Below, in pieces: positions 50,916-60,558 of a stretch of 64,000 bases of DNA. The stretch's first letter is position 1. Every line of letters begins with the position of its first letter. The notes under the pieces are model-generated. The model was not told the DNA's origin. It saw only the letters and a program-made list of their open reading frames with translations, and did no database searches. The DNA is from Myxococcota bacterium (GTDB lineage Bacteria; Myxococcota_A; UBA9160; UBA6930). The stretch spans positions 256,001-320,000 of the forward strand of contig OZ245002.1 of the NCBI GenBank assembly GCA_965223415.1. The letters are read 5' to 3'. Both the position numbers and the translations under genes were made by a program.

Positions 50916-51719
50916 TCAGCGCAGCAGGGCGTCCTGGACGAAGGAGGCGACCAGTCGGCCGTCCCCGCGGAAGACGTTCGCGCGACCGTGGGCACGGCCG
51001 CGGCCGGCCCAGGTGCTCTCGTGGGCGATCAGGTGCCAAGCGTCGAGATCGATGGGATCGTGGAACGAGAGGGTATGGGCGACGACGCCGGTCTGCAGGC
51101 TGCGGTGGGCCTGGGCCTGGCCCACGCCGGCGTGGGGGCGCATGGCCGTCGCGATCAGATGGCCGTCGGTGGCATCCGCCAGCAGGGCCTGGTGCAGGCA
51201 CAGCTCCTTCGGCAGGCCGGGGCTGCGGAACCAGAGCGGGTACTCCGGCGGCCCGGTGAGCTCCGGATCGTCGACGTCCACGTCGCCCACCACCCGGAGC
51301 TCGCCGGGGGCGAGCAGGCTCTCAGGGCGCGGTGCCGAGGCTCCGGGGCCCGGCACCTCGGGCATTCGCGTCGCGTGGCGGATCCGATCCGGCTCCGGCG
51401 CGCTGGTGAGCACCGTCGCATGGGCGCAGCCGCGCTCGCCCTGGGCGACGCGGATCGTGAGGCTGCCGAAGCTGCGGCCCACGTGGAGCGGCTCCACCTG
51501 GAGCTCCAGCTCCCGCTCGGGGCTCGCCGCCCGGGCGAAGACGACATGAACGGTCTTCACCTCCTGCTCCGGAACGCTGCGCGCCGCCGCGACGACCACC
51601 TGGGCGAGGATCTGCCCCCCGAACACCATCGGGCCGCCGGTCTCGACGCTGCGCGCGCGGTAGCCGGCGGCGGTCTCCTCGAGATCGAGCACCTCGAGCA
51701 GGTCCTTCGCGCTCCCCAC
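50916..51719 (-). CDS. Acyl-CoA thioesterase II (TesB-like)
   Basis: VFGGQILAQ, GRSF, H.L.FH, G.LVAS..Q..L. Confidence 0.85.
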   Translation of the reverse strand: MGSAKDLLEVLDLEETAAGYRARSVETGGPMVFGGQILAQVVVAAARSVPEQEVKTVHVVFARAASPERELELQVEPLHVGRSFGSLTIRVAQGERGCAHATVLTSAPEPDRIRHATRMPEVPGPGASAPRPESLLAPGELRVVGDVDVDDPELTGPPEYPLWFRSPGLPKELCLHQALLADATDGHLIATAMRPHAGVGQAQAHRSLQTGVVAHTLSFHDPIDLDAWHLIAHESTWAGRGRAHGRANVFRGDGRLVASFVQDALLR

Positions 51720-52225
51720 TAGCGCTCCTTCCAGAACCGCTGCCAGCTCTCCCAGCGCTCCGGCAGCTCGCCCTTGCCCGTATGGTGCTCGGGCCAGTTG
51801 GCCGGCGGCAGCTCGAGGGGGTTCTCGCCCGGGTAGCTGCCCCAGAAGAGATGGTGCTTTCGCCGCACGAAGAGCCAGTGGCCGTCGCGCCGCGCGTAGG
51901 CGTCCTCGTAGCCGATGCGCTGCTCGAACATGCGCTTGCCGTCCTGGATCTCGGCGCGGCAGTGGACGAAGCCGGTCGCCCGGTCGTCGTCCTGGAGATC
52001 GATCACGTGCCCGCCCACCAACAAGAACGACATGCCGACCTGCCGCAGCTGGGCGTCGAAACTCTCGCGCAGCGCATCGCGGCCGAAGCGGTCGCGGCCG
52101 ACCTGTACGTCGTCGACGAAGAGGGCGACGAGCGCGTCGAGATCCCGGGCGTCGAGGGCGAGCGCATAGCGATGGGCGAGCTGGCGGATCTCCTCGTAGG
52201 CCAGGAGGCGCTGCACGTCGTCCAT
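51719..52225 (-). CDS. SnoaL-like/NTF2 family protein
   Basis: EEIRQL..RYA.ALD.RD, Y.D.Y.RRDG.W.F. Confidence 0.82.
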   Translation of the reverse strand: MDDVQRLLAYEEIRQLAHRYALALDARDLDALVALFVDDVQVGRDRFGRDALRESFDAQLRQVGMSFLLVGGHVIDLQDDDRATGFVHCRAEIQDGKRMFEQRIGYEDAYARRDGHWLFVRRKHHLFWGSYPGENPLELPPANWPEHHTGKGELPERWESWQRFWKER

Positions 52226-52250
52226 GGCGGCGGAAGCTAGCACGAGCGGG

Positions 52251-53405
52251 TCACTCGCCTGCGAAGAGCGCGTCGACCTGCTCCCACAACGGCTCGAGCT
52301 CGACGACCCGGCCCTCGTCGAGCGCGCGGTCGATGGCCAGGCACGAGACGGTGGACGCGAGGCCCTCGCGGAAGCCGGCGGCGGGCATCCCCTGGCCGAG
52401 CATGCAGGCGGCGAGCTCGTCGGCCAGGACGGCGTCGCCGCCGCCGTGGCGATCGGGCGAGGTGGCACCCAGCCGCTCGGTCTCCACGTCGAAGCCGATG
52501 CGCCGCAACTCGACGGTTCCTTCCACCAGATCGGCGCGGATCGCGCCTTCGGTTCCGCACAGCAGCATCCGGCGCTCCGGAATGCCGGCATTGCAGTTGG
52601 TGTGGAAAGTGCCGCGGGCGCCGCTCTCGAACTCGAAGATCACCACCTGGTTGTCGACGATGTCCTTCTCCGCGGTGAAGGGGTGCTCGCCCACCAGAGA
52701 GGGCCAGGTCCGATAGGCCTCGCGCCCGTGGCGATCGCGGCCGATCCGCTCCGCCAGCGATGCGTTCTCGGGCGTGAAGACGTCGAGGCCGCCGAAGGAC
52801 GCCACCCGCCGCGGCCGCGAGCCGGTCATCCAGTGGGCCAGGTCCACGTCGTGACAGCACTTCTCGAGCAGGTGGGTGCCCGCCTGGCTCCGCAGCCGGC
52901 GCCAGTCCCCCATGATGTAGCCGCCGTGGCTGAAGTCGAGAGTCTCGTTCTGCTCGAAGCTCACCAGGCGACCGATGGCGCCGCCGGCGACGCGCTCGCG
53001 AATGCCGCGGTAGTGCTCCGCGAAACGCAGGGTGAAGCCGGTGGCGAGGTGGCGATCGCTGGCGCGCCAGGCCCGGGCTAGCTCGAGCGCATCTTCGAGG
53101 GTCGTGGCCAGGGGCTTCTGGCAGAAGACGTGCTTGCCGGCGCGCAGGGCGTCCCGGGCCTGGGCGGCGTGGAAACGGTTCCAGGAGGCGATCATCACCC
53201 AGTCGACGGCGGGGTCCGCGAGCAGGGCCTCGTGACCGGGGTGGACCCGGGGCGCGCCCTCGAAGCTGGCGCGGGTCGCCTCGACCGAGCGCGGGTCGGG
53301 ATCGCAGAGGGCCACCACCGCCAGCCGCTCGTCCCGATCGCTGACCAGCTTCGCCAGCACGCGTCCCATCACGCCGCAGCCGATCAAGCCGATTCCCACC
53401 TTCAT
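52251..53405 (-). CDS. Gfo/Idh/MocA family oxidoreductase
   Basis: GLIGCG, GKHVFCQKP, LEKCCHDVD, HGGGD. Confidence 0.88.
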   Translation of the reverse strand: MKVGIGLIGCGVMGRVLAKLVSDRDERLAVVALCDPDPRSVEATRASFEGAPRVHPGHEALLADPAVDWVMIASWNRFHAAQARDALRAGKHVFCQKPLATTLEDALELARAWRASDRHLATGFTLRFAEHYRGIRERVAGGAIGRLVSFEQNETLDFSHGGYIMGDWRRLRSQAGTHLLEKCCHDVDLAHWMTGSRPRRVASFGGLDVFTPENASLAERIGRDRHGREAYRTWPSLVGEHPFTAEKDIVDNQVVIFEFESGARGTFHTNCNAGIPERRMLLCGTEGAIRADLVEGTVELRRIGFDVETERLGATSPDRHGGGDAVLADELAACMLGQGMPAAGFREGLASTVSCLAIDRALDEGRVVELEPLWEQVDALFAGE

Positions 53406-53538
53406 GGACCTGCCTCCATGGCGAAGGGTTGCGCATTCCGTAGGATGAAGCGCGACGGGGGTCGGTCCCTCGCTCGTTCCAACCGTCTGTAGGGGCATTC
53501 CCTCGCGACCGCCGATTCCGACCGCGCTGGCACCGAGC

Positions 53539-54603
53539 GTGCCGGTCGCCTCGCTCTCTCCGACGCGGGTCACCCGCGAGTTCCTGGCGCGGCTCGATGA
53601 CGGCGCCCGGCTGGTGTGCTCCGGCAGCACGCGCAAGCGCCCGCGCCGGCTGCTCACCCTGGGCTACGTGCCGCGCTTCCGGATCGAGCTGTTCGGCACC
53701 CACTACTACCTGACGCGGGTCCGCCAGAACGAGGACATCCGCTTCTTCGTCGCGTACATGGTGGTGGCCGGCGCGCCGCGGCGGATCTACCCGCGGATCT
53801 TCTACAAGGACATCTCGCTGGTGTGGCGTTCCGCCTCGCACTACGTGCGGTCGGAGAACGAGAATTGGATCGGCAAGGGCGACGTGCACGTCGTCTCCCA
53901 GGACGGCGAAGAGCAGGTGGAATCCGCCGAAGAGACGACGGACCTTCCCCTCGAGATCCAGACGGCGCTCGAGGAGCTGAGCAGCGCGGCCCGCAGGATC
54001 CCCTACGACGACGACGCGGTGGCGCGCATCTTGCGCCGGGGTGGGGACGATCGCATCGAGCCCTTCGAGGACTTCCTGGCGCCGCGCCGGCGCGCCCAGG
54101 CCGATCCCCGCAATCGGGTGAACGGCGGACGGCCGATCGCCCGCTTCCGGCGCCGGAACGATCCGGGCTCCCTTCACTTCGTGGCCGGCTTCGAGCCGGA
54201 CTTCCGCGGTGGCATTCTCGAGCGCAGCCGGTCGAAGAGCAAGATGTACCACGGGCTGCTGCGGCGCTTGCGCATCGCCTCGCGAAACCGCCAGGTTCAG
54301 TACCTGTTCTTCGCCGGCCGCAAGCAGGTGTGGATCGGCGCCCTCCAGGCCACCACCACCGAGCTCTCGAGCTTCGGGCTGCGCACTGTGGACGTGGCGG
54401 CGCCAGAGGAGCTCCTGCTGCCGGGCTACGAGTACCACTTCCTCGACGAGAGCGAGGACCCGCCGGTCTTCGTCAGCCAGATCCCGAAGGGCTTCGCGGG
54501 CCCCAGCAGCCAGGTCGACCCGGTCCGCGCCGACGCCTCCCCCTGGCTCGACCGCGTCCCCGTCATCCGCGCCTTCCGCCGCGAAGTCCTCCACCGCCCC
54601 TAG
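53539..54603 (+). CDS. Hypothetical protein
   Basis: 354-aa ORF with normal composition and GC3 bias; no family recognised. Confidence 0.7.
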   Translation: MPVASLSPTRVTREFLARLDDGARLVCSGSTRKRPRRLLTLGYVPRFRIELFGTHYYLTRVRQNEDIRFFVAYMVVAGAPRRIYPRIFYKDISLVWRSASHYVRSENENWIGKGDVHVVSQDGEEQVESAEETTDLPLEIQTALEELSSAARRIPYDDDAVARILRRGGDDRIEPFEDFLAPRRRAQADPRNRVNGGRPIARFRRRNDPGSLHFVAGFEPDFRGGILERSRSKSKMYHGLLRRLRIASRNRQVQYLFFAGRKQVWIGALQATTTELSSFGLRTVDVAAPEELLLPGYEYHFLDESEDPPVFVSQIPKGFAGPSSQVDPVRADASPWLDRVPVIRAFRREVLHRP

Positions 54604-54606
54604 CAA

Positions 54607-54680
54607 AACGCAAGAGCGGGGACGTTCCTTGCATCTTTCACAATTGTGAAAGATGCAAGGAACGTCCCCGCTCTTGCGTT
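54607..54680. repeat. Perfect 74-bp palindrome, family C
   Basis: AACGCAAGAGCGGGGACGTTCCTTGCATCTTTCACAA followed by its exact reverse complement, between convergent genes. Confidence 0.92.
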
Positions 54681-55683
54681 AGGGCTGGAGGAGGACCTTG
54701 CCGGTATGGGCGCCGGAGAAGAGGGCGAGGAGCGCCGCTGGGAATCGGTCGAGGCCCTTCTCGACGTGCTCGTGGAGCGAGAGGTCGCCGGCGCGGAGCC
54801 AGGCGGCGAGCTGGGCTTCGGCTTCCGGGAAGCGCTCGGCGAAGTGAGTGACGGCGAAGCCCTCCATGCGGGCGTGGCGCTCGGCCAGACGCAGGTAGAG
54901 GCTCGGGCCGCGCACGGCGTCCATGTTCTGGTACTGGGAGATGGCGCCGCAGATCACGATGCGGCCGCGCTCGCGGATCTGGTCGAGGGCGACGTCGAGG
55001 ATCTCACCCCCCACGTTGTCGAAGAAGACGTCGATCCCGTCGGGCGCCAGCTCGCGCAGCCGGGCGTCCACGTCCTCGCCCTTGTAGTCGATGCCGGCGT
55101 CCAGGCCGAGCTCGCCCTCGAGAAAGCGCACCTTCTCGGGCCCACCGGCGACGCCGATCACTCGCGCCCCCTCGAGGCGCGCGATCTGGGCCGCCATGGA
55201 GCCCACCGCGCCGGCCGCCGCCGAGACCAGCACCGTGTCCCCGGATCGAGCGGCGCCAACCTCGCGAATGCCGAAGTAGGCGGTGACCCCCGTCGTGAGC
55301 CCCACCGCCCCGAGCCAGGCCGTGAGGGGGGCCTGCGAGAGGTCGAGCTTGCGGAGCAGGAAGGGCGGCACGACGGCGTGGCTCTGGGCCCCGAGCGGCC
55401 CACTCACCGGGTCGCCGGCCGCGAGGCCCTCCGCCCGGCTCTCCACCACGCGCCCCACGCCGATGGCTCCGACGGTGCCGCCGACCGGCACCGACGGGTG
55501 GTAGCTGTCCTCGTTCAGGGTCGTGCGGATGAAGGCGTCGATCGAGAGGGTGTCGACGGCCACCCGGACCTGCCCGTCGGGCAGCTCCGGCTGCGGCCCC
55601 TCCTCCAGGCGGAAGTCCTCGGGCGCCGGCATCCCGCCGGGCCGCCGCACCAGTGCGATGCGGCGGTGGGTCGCGTCGGCCAT
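54679..55683 (-). CDS. NADP-dependent oxidoreductase (prostaglandin reductase/CurA-like)
   Basis: LSID, TAYFG, VSAAAGAVGS, FFDNVGG, CGAISQY, LF.G..TGK. Confidence 0.9.
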   Translation of the reverse strand: MADATHRRIALVRRPGGMPAPEDFRLEEGPQPELPDGQVRVAVDTLSIDAFIRTTLNEDSYHPSVPVGGTVGAIGVGRVVESRAEGLAAGDPVSGPLGAQSHAVVPPFLLRKLDLSQAPLTAWLGAVGLTTGVTAYFGIREVGAARSGDTVLVSAAAGAVGSMAAQIARLEGARVIGVAGGPEKVRFLEGELGLDAGIDYKGEDVDARLRELAPDGIDVFFDNVGGEILDVALDQIRERGRIVICGAISQYQNMDAVRGPSLYLRLAERHARMEGFAVTHFAERFPEAEAQLAAWLRAGDLSLHEHVEKGLDRFPAALLALFSGAHTGKVLLQP

Positions 55684-55685
55684 CC

Positions 55686-56444
55686 CTACTGACCGCCGGA
55701 GACGTTGATCGTCTGGCCGGTCACCCAGCTTCCGGCCCGGGAGGTCAGGTAGAGCACCGCGGCTCCGAGATCCTCGGGCGTGCCGAGACGTCCGGCAGGC
55801 AGCCGCAGCGCGTGCTCGAGCTTCGGGATGTCCTTCTCCTCGAGCCGCAGCGCCTGCATCATGATCTCCGTCGGCACCGCGCCGGGCATGATCCCGTTGA
55901 CGCGGATCCGCGGGCCGAGCTCCTGGGCGAAGGTGCGGGTGAGCATGTTCACGCCGGCCTTGGCCGCCGAGTAGTGGCCGCTGCCGGGCACGACCATCTC
56001 CGCGGCGCGGGAGGAGATGTTGACGACGCGCCCGCCGTCCTCCATGTGGGCGGCGGCCACCCGCGTCCCCACCCACACGCCGGTGAGGTTGAGGAGCATC
56101 GTCGCATCCCACTCCTCCCTCGGGATGTCGACCAGCGGCGCCTGGATCGGCGAGCCGCCCGCGTTGTTGACCCAGATGTCCAGCCGCCCGAAGGCCTCGA
56201 TGGCGCCCTTGGCCAGGGCCTCCACCGCCGCGTCGTCAGTGACGTCGGTGGTGAGCGCCAGGGCCTGGCCGCCGTCGTCGCGGATCGAGGCGGCGACGCG
56301 CTCGATCTCCGTGGTTCGCCGGGCGGCACACACCACCGCCGCGCCGGCCCCTGCCAGCACCCGGGCAATGCCCTCGCCGATGCCGCGCCCAGCACCGGTC
56401 ACCACGGCCACTTCTCCGGAGAGGTCGAATAGGGAATCGCTCAT
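55686..56444 (-). CDS. SDR family oxidoreductase
   Basis: TGAGRGIG, NNAGG, YSAAK. Confidence 0.92.
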   Translation of the reverse strand: MSDSLFDLSGEVAVVTGAGRGIGEGIARVLAGAGAAVVCAARRTTEIERVAASIRDDGGQALALTTDVTDDAAVEALAKGAIEAFGRLDIWVNNAGGSPIQAPLVDIPREEWDATMLLNLTGVWVGTRVAAAHMEDGGRVVNISSRAAEMVVPGSGHYSAAKAGVNMLTRTFAQELGPRIRVNGIMPGAVPTEIMMQALRLEEKDIPKLEHALRLPAGRLGTPEDLGAAVLYLTSRAGSWVTGQTINVSGGQ

Positions 56445-56455
56445 GGCGGGGGAGG

Positions 56456-57475
56456 CTACCACTCTTCCCGCACGACGTAGAACAGGCAGTCGCTGGCCGC
56501 GATCGCGGGGTCGGTGGTGATCATGATCGGGACGATCGGCCGCCGCGTGCGCAGCACGCCGTCCTCGATCCGGAAGTAGAAGGAAGCGCGGTCGCGGCCG
56601 TCTTCGTCGATCAGCTCGAGGGGCCATCCCTCGCCGCGCGCGTACCCGAGGACGGTTCCCGGCGGGATGCGCTCGAAGTTGTGGCGATCCAGGTCCGCCA
56701 GGATCGCCAGGTCCGCCCCGCAGTCGCCGTCCTCTTCCTCCACCACGGCCAATCGGACGCCTTCCCTCGCCCGGACCCGCATCGGCGTCGTGAGCACCTG
56801 GACCTCGGGACGCCGCCCGGGCTCCACCACGTGATCGCTCTCCAGGAAGCGCCGCAGCCCCGCCAGCGCCACGGCGTCGGCGGCCGGATCGCCGCTGCGA
56901 CCGACCTCGATCGTCGCAGCCGGGAAGTCCCGCAGCGCCTCCATCAACGCGCCCAGGGTGAGGTGGCTCCACACGAAGCGGCTCCCGAACGGCTCGACGA
57001 GCTGGAGGGCCTCGGGCGTCGGCTCGACGCCCACCCCATAGGGCGGGTTGTGGCCCGTGTTGTTGTGCAGGTCGATGAGCGCCTCCGGCGGCCGCTCGCG
57101 GATCGCGTCCAGGATGGCGCGGGCCAGGCGGCCGTCGGCGTCGTCCCAGGGCCCGAGGAAGCAGCGGTTGAGATCGCGGCGGCCCGGCAGGGCCCGGTGG
57201 GCGAAGCCCGGCCCGGCCAGGGCCGCCTCCACGTTCGCGACGACGAGGAGCGTGTCCACCGCAGGCTCGCGCCCCTCCCGCAGCCAGCGGTGGACGGCGC
57301 GCACCCCGGACGGCTCGTTGCCGTGCAGGAGGGTCGTCACGACACGGGTGAAGCGGCGGTCGCGCCCGGGCAGGGAGATCGCGACCGGCCCGCCGAGCTC
57401 GCCGAGGAAGGCGAAGATGTCCGGAGGGAGCTCCGCGCCGGTCGGGCTCTCCCAGCGACGCAGCACCGCACTCAC
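56456..57475 (-). CDS. Succinylglutamate desuccinylase/aspartoacylase (M14-like) family protein
   Basis: HGNEPSG, DLNRCF, IDLHN, IEVG. Confidence 0.85.
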   Translation of the reverse strand: MSAVLRRWESPTGAELPPDIFAFLGELGGPVAISLPGRDRRFTRVVTTLLHGNEPSGVRAVHRWLREGREPAVDTLLVVANVEAALAGPGFAHRALPGRRDLNRCFLGPWDDADGRLARAILDAIRERPPEALIDLHNNTGHNPPYGVGVEPTPEALQLVEPFGSRFVWSHLTLGALMEALRDFPAATIEVGRSGDPAADAVALAGLRRFLESDHVVEPGRRPEVQVLTTPMRVRAREGVRLAVVEEEDGDCGADLAILADLDRHNFERIPPGTVLGYARGEGWPLELIDEDGRDRASFYFRIEDGVLRTRRPIVPIMITTDPAIAASDCLFYVVREEW

Positions 57476-58956
57476 GGCCGGGGCTCCGGCCAGCTCGCCA
57501 CGGGCTCGCCCTCCGCCGAGTGCTCCCGGTAGGCCCGGAACACCTCGGTCAGCGCCTCGCCCCGGGGCCGCGAGACGCCGGCGGCGACCAGCGCCTTGCG
57601 CTGCCACACGGCGCCGGTCTGGCCGCCGCGCACGCGACGCTCGAAGACCTCGAGCCACGGTGCCGAATCGCTCCGCTCCACGCCGGCCGCGTCGAGACCC
57701 TCCTGGGCCCGCGGCAGGAGCGCCTCGAGCACGGCGGGAGCCCGGGCCTCGCGCTGCGGCGCACCGGGCTCGGCCAGCCCGACCAGCAGGGCGGCCAGCC
57801 CGTCCCGCGCCGCACGATAGAAGTCCCGGTGGACCTCGTCGAAGGAGAGCCTCCCGGTCGGGCTCCCCATCTCCGGCGCCAACGAGAGCGCGAGACCGAT
57901 GTAGAAGGCGGTGTTCGCGATCATGTCCGCCAACGTCGGGCCGGCTGGTAGCGCCCGCATCTCGATCCGCAGGTGGCCTCCCTCGGCGGGATCGAAGATC
58001 GCCCGGTTCCAGCGCCAGACGGTGCCCTGGTGCAGCCGCAGCTCGCGAAGCGCGGGCACCCGGCCGGCCGCCAGCGCTGCCTCCGGATCCTCCCCGTCCA
58101 TCACCGGCAGCAGCACCGCGTGGTGGTGCACGTTCTCGCGGAAGAGCTCGAGGGCGCCTTGGATCCAGCCGCTGCCGAAGGAGACCCGGGCGGGCTCGCC
58201 GGCCCGGCCGCGCTCGGGGCGGTGGTCCACCGCCTGCTTGAAGAGCGCCACCCGCGTCTCGTCCCACAGCCGCTTGCCGAGAAAGGTGGGCGAGTTCCCC
58301 GAGGCGGCGAGAACGGCCGGTGTCGCCAGCTGCACGGCGTTGTAGACGGCGGCGAAGTCCTCCGGGGCCACCCGCAGATGGAGCTGGAGCGAGGTGGCGG
58401 CGCCCTCGTAGGTCACGTCCCGACAGCGCACCCGCAGCTCGTCCTCACCCTGGATCTGCAGCAGGAACGGCTCCTGGCGCAGCTGCCGCAGGCTGGCCGA
58501 GAGCGCCCGGTAGCGCGACGCATCGGTCATCGCGTGGCTCTCCAGGTCCCTCTCCGTCAGGGTGGGGAGGATGCCGATCATGGCCACCTGCGCGCCGTGC
58601 AGGCCCGCGGCGCGGCGCATCTCGGCGAGAGCGTCCCGCATCTCGCCGGCAAGGAACGCGAAGGGCCGGCCGGCCAGCGGCCCCGGCCGCAGGTTCGACT
58701 CGAGATTGAAGCGATCGAGCTCGACGGTGAGCCTCGGGTCGACGCTCTCGGCGAGCACGTCCTCGTTCACGTGTAGCGGAGAGCCGGCGTCGTCGACCAG
58801 CGAGACCTCCAGCTCGGCCCCCAGGGAGCGCGCACCGTGGCCGAAGCCCGGACGCGCGAGCAGCCGCTCCAGCACCGAGAGGGAGACGCCGAGTCGCGAG
58901 GCGAAGACACGGTAGGTCTCCGCGTCGAAGGTCTCTCGATCGATCTCCAGCCCCAT
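57472..58956 (-). CDS. Glutamate--cysteine ligase (GCS2-like) family protein
   Basis: GAELE, ELDRFNLE, E.A.TS.QLH, NSP, HQGTVWRWNR, LRIEMRALPAGPT. Confidence 0.82.
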   Translation of the reverse strand: MGLEIDRETFDAETYRVFASRLGVSLSVLERLLARPGFGHGARSLGAELEVSLVDDAGSPLHVNEDVLAESVDPRLTVELDRFNLESNLRPGPLAGRPFAFLAGEMRDALAEMRRAAGLHGAQVAMIGILPTLTERDLESHAMTDASRYRALSASLRQLRQEPFLLQIQGEDELRVRCRDVTYEGAATSLQLHLRVAPEDFAAVYNAVQLATPAVLAASGNSPTFLGKRLWDETRVALFKQAVDHRPERGRAGEPARVSFGSGWIQGALELFRENVHHHAVLLPVMDGEDPEAALAAGRVPALRELRLHQGTVWRWNRAIFDPAEGGHLRIEMRALPAGPTLADMIANTAFYIGLALSLAPEMGSPTGRLSFDEVHRDFYRAARDGLAALLVGLAEPGAPQREARAPAVLEALLPRAQEGLDAAGVERSDSAPWLEVFERRVRGGQTGAVWQRKALVAAGVSRPRGEALTEVFRAYREHSAEGEPVASWPEPRP

Positions 58957-58981
58957 GGCCGCGGGAGGGTAGCCGCCGGCT

Positions 58982-59371
58982 TCAGGGCGTCGCGCCGTCC
59001 AGCGCACCCCGGATCCTGCGCGCCCACAGCACGAAGGACGGCACGGCGATGCACGCGACGGCGGCGGTGGAGAGGATGGGCTCGGGCGTCCCGCGAAGGC
59101 TGTGGACCAGGTAGATCAGGGCGATCGTCACGACCGACGGAACCACCACGGCGGTCGCCAGCACCGGCCCGCGCGCCCCGGGCCGCGCCGCCAGGCGGGC
59201 GCACACCTGCATGATCAGCCCGCCGAAGAAGAACGTGTAGATCGCCTGCTTCCCCGCCGAGGTGGCCGCCGCCACGGCCCCGTGCGAGCCGTTGATCAGC
59301 GCGACGAGGCTGCCCATGACGAGGGCCCCGCCGGCGCCGGCGCGGGGGTCGAACCAGCTCGGTGTCTTCAC
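58982..59371 (-). CDS. Hypothetical 4-TM membrane protein
   Basis: Hydrophobic ORF with KQAIYTFFFGG and GTPEP. Confidence 0.65.
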   Translation of the reverse strand: MKTPSWFDPRAGAGGALVMGSLVALINGSHGAVAAATSAGKQAIYTFFFGGLIMQVCARLAARPGARGPVLATAVVVPSVVTIALIYLVHSLRGTPEPILSTAAVACIAVPSFVLWARRIRGALDGATP

Positions 59372-59428
59372 GGGCGCTCCATCGGGAGCACACTCTGCGC
59401 GATCCCGAGGGCTCGCGCACGACGGGGA

Positions 59429-60349
59429 TCAGGCCCGCCGCTTGCGGGAGGCCAACGCCGCAATGGCCAGCAGGAGCAGGCCCCGGGGCTCCGGCACGGC
59501 CAAGGTCCAGCCCACGTCGGCCAGCCCGGCCAGGTCGAGCTCGGTCAGGGGCTTGCGGACGCCCCGGAAGAGGGTCGGGTCCATGGCGGCCTCGCTGAGC
59601 CGTGTGCCGACCCAGCTCGCCGTGCCTTCGGCCCAATGGGCGCCGCCCGGGGCCAGGCACGGACTCCCGCCCAAGGCCGACGCCGCGACGCCGCCGAAGG
59701 CGAGGCCGCTCGCGCAGGCGGCCGAGGGCACGACCTGCCGCTTCCAGGAGTCGGACACGCCCAGGCCCAGCACGTGGCCGAGCTCGTGGAGGGCGACCGA
59801 GAGGAAGTCGTAGCTGCCGGCGGTAGGCGAACCCGCTCCCAGGTACCAGGACGTCGCCAGGTCGAAGGCGATGGAGCCGCCCCAGGGCCCGAAGTCCCGG
59901 GCGAAGGGCCCCTGGGTCGTGCCCTGCCCTCGGGTCGCGACCTGGCTCACGAAGCGGCCCGTGCCGAAGGCCGAGAAGCCTCCGAAGCCACCGAAGCCGA
60001 GGTGCCCGCCCAGGTTCCGAGCGCCGACGAAGACGATCAGCGAATCGGCGGGAACGACAGGATCGACCCAGCGGGTCAGACCGCCGGTCGCCGGGTTCAC
60101 GAAGCTGGCCGTCCAGGTGTTGGGGCCGCCCGGCGCGATGGCGTCGAGATCATCCGTGAGGAGCCCCGAGAAGAAGCGCGCCGCGTCGTCGAGCCGGGCG
60201 CGGGCGGCGCTGCCCGTCGCAGTCGCGGGATCGAACAGGCCGCTCGTGTCGTACGAGTAGTCGAAGAGGATCGCGACCGCCGACGCCGGAGACGCGGCGA
60301 AGAGCAGGAGCATCGCCACCGCGATCGCCCCTCCACGCATCCTGCCCAT
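59429..60349 (-). CDS. PEP-CTERM exported zincin-like metalloprotease
   Basis: Signal peptide, YDFLSVALHELGHVLG, AMDP Met-turn-like, DLAGLADVGW, VPEP + TM + RKRRA. Confidence 0.82.
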   Translation of the reverse strand: MGRMRGGAIAVAMLLLFAASPASAVAILFDYSYDTSGLFDPATATGSAARARLDDAARFFSGLLTDDLDAIAPGGPNTWTASFVNPATGGLTRWVDPVVPADSLIVFVGARNLGGHLGFGGFGGFSAFGTGRFVSQVATRGQGTTQGPFARDFGPWGGSIAFDLATSWYLGAGSPTAGSYDFLSVALHELGHVLGLGVSDSWKRQVVPSAACASGLAFGGVAASALGGSPCLAPGGAHWAEGTASWVGTRLSEAAMDPTLFRGVRKPLTELDLAGLADVGWTLAVPEPRGLLLLAIAALASRKRRA

Positions 60350-60502
60350 CGCTCGCCCCCTCCGCCTCCCGTTCGTGACGTGCGCATCGACGGCCCGAAC
60401 CGGTGCCGAACGTGAGCCCGTGCACACCCCGCCGCGGATGCAAGCGCCGCTGCCCCGGGCCTGCGCGAGACCTGCGCGCCGGCTGCCTGGAAGCTGCCGG
60501 AC

Positions 60503-60558
60503 GGTGCGCTACCAGCCGTCGACGTGGAGGGGTGCGCTACCAGCCGTCGACGTGGAGG
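60503..60558. repeat. Exact 28-bp tandem duplication covering the nitroreductase stop
   Basis: GGTGCGCTACCAGCCGTCGACGTGGAGG at 60503-60530 and 60531-60558. Confidence 0.9.
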
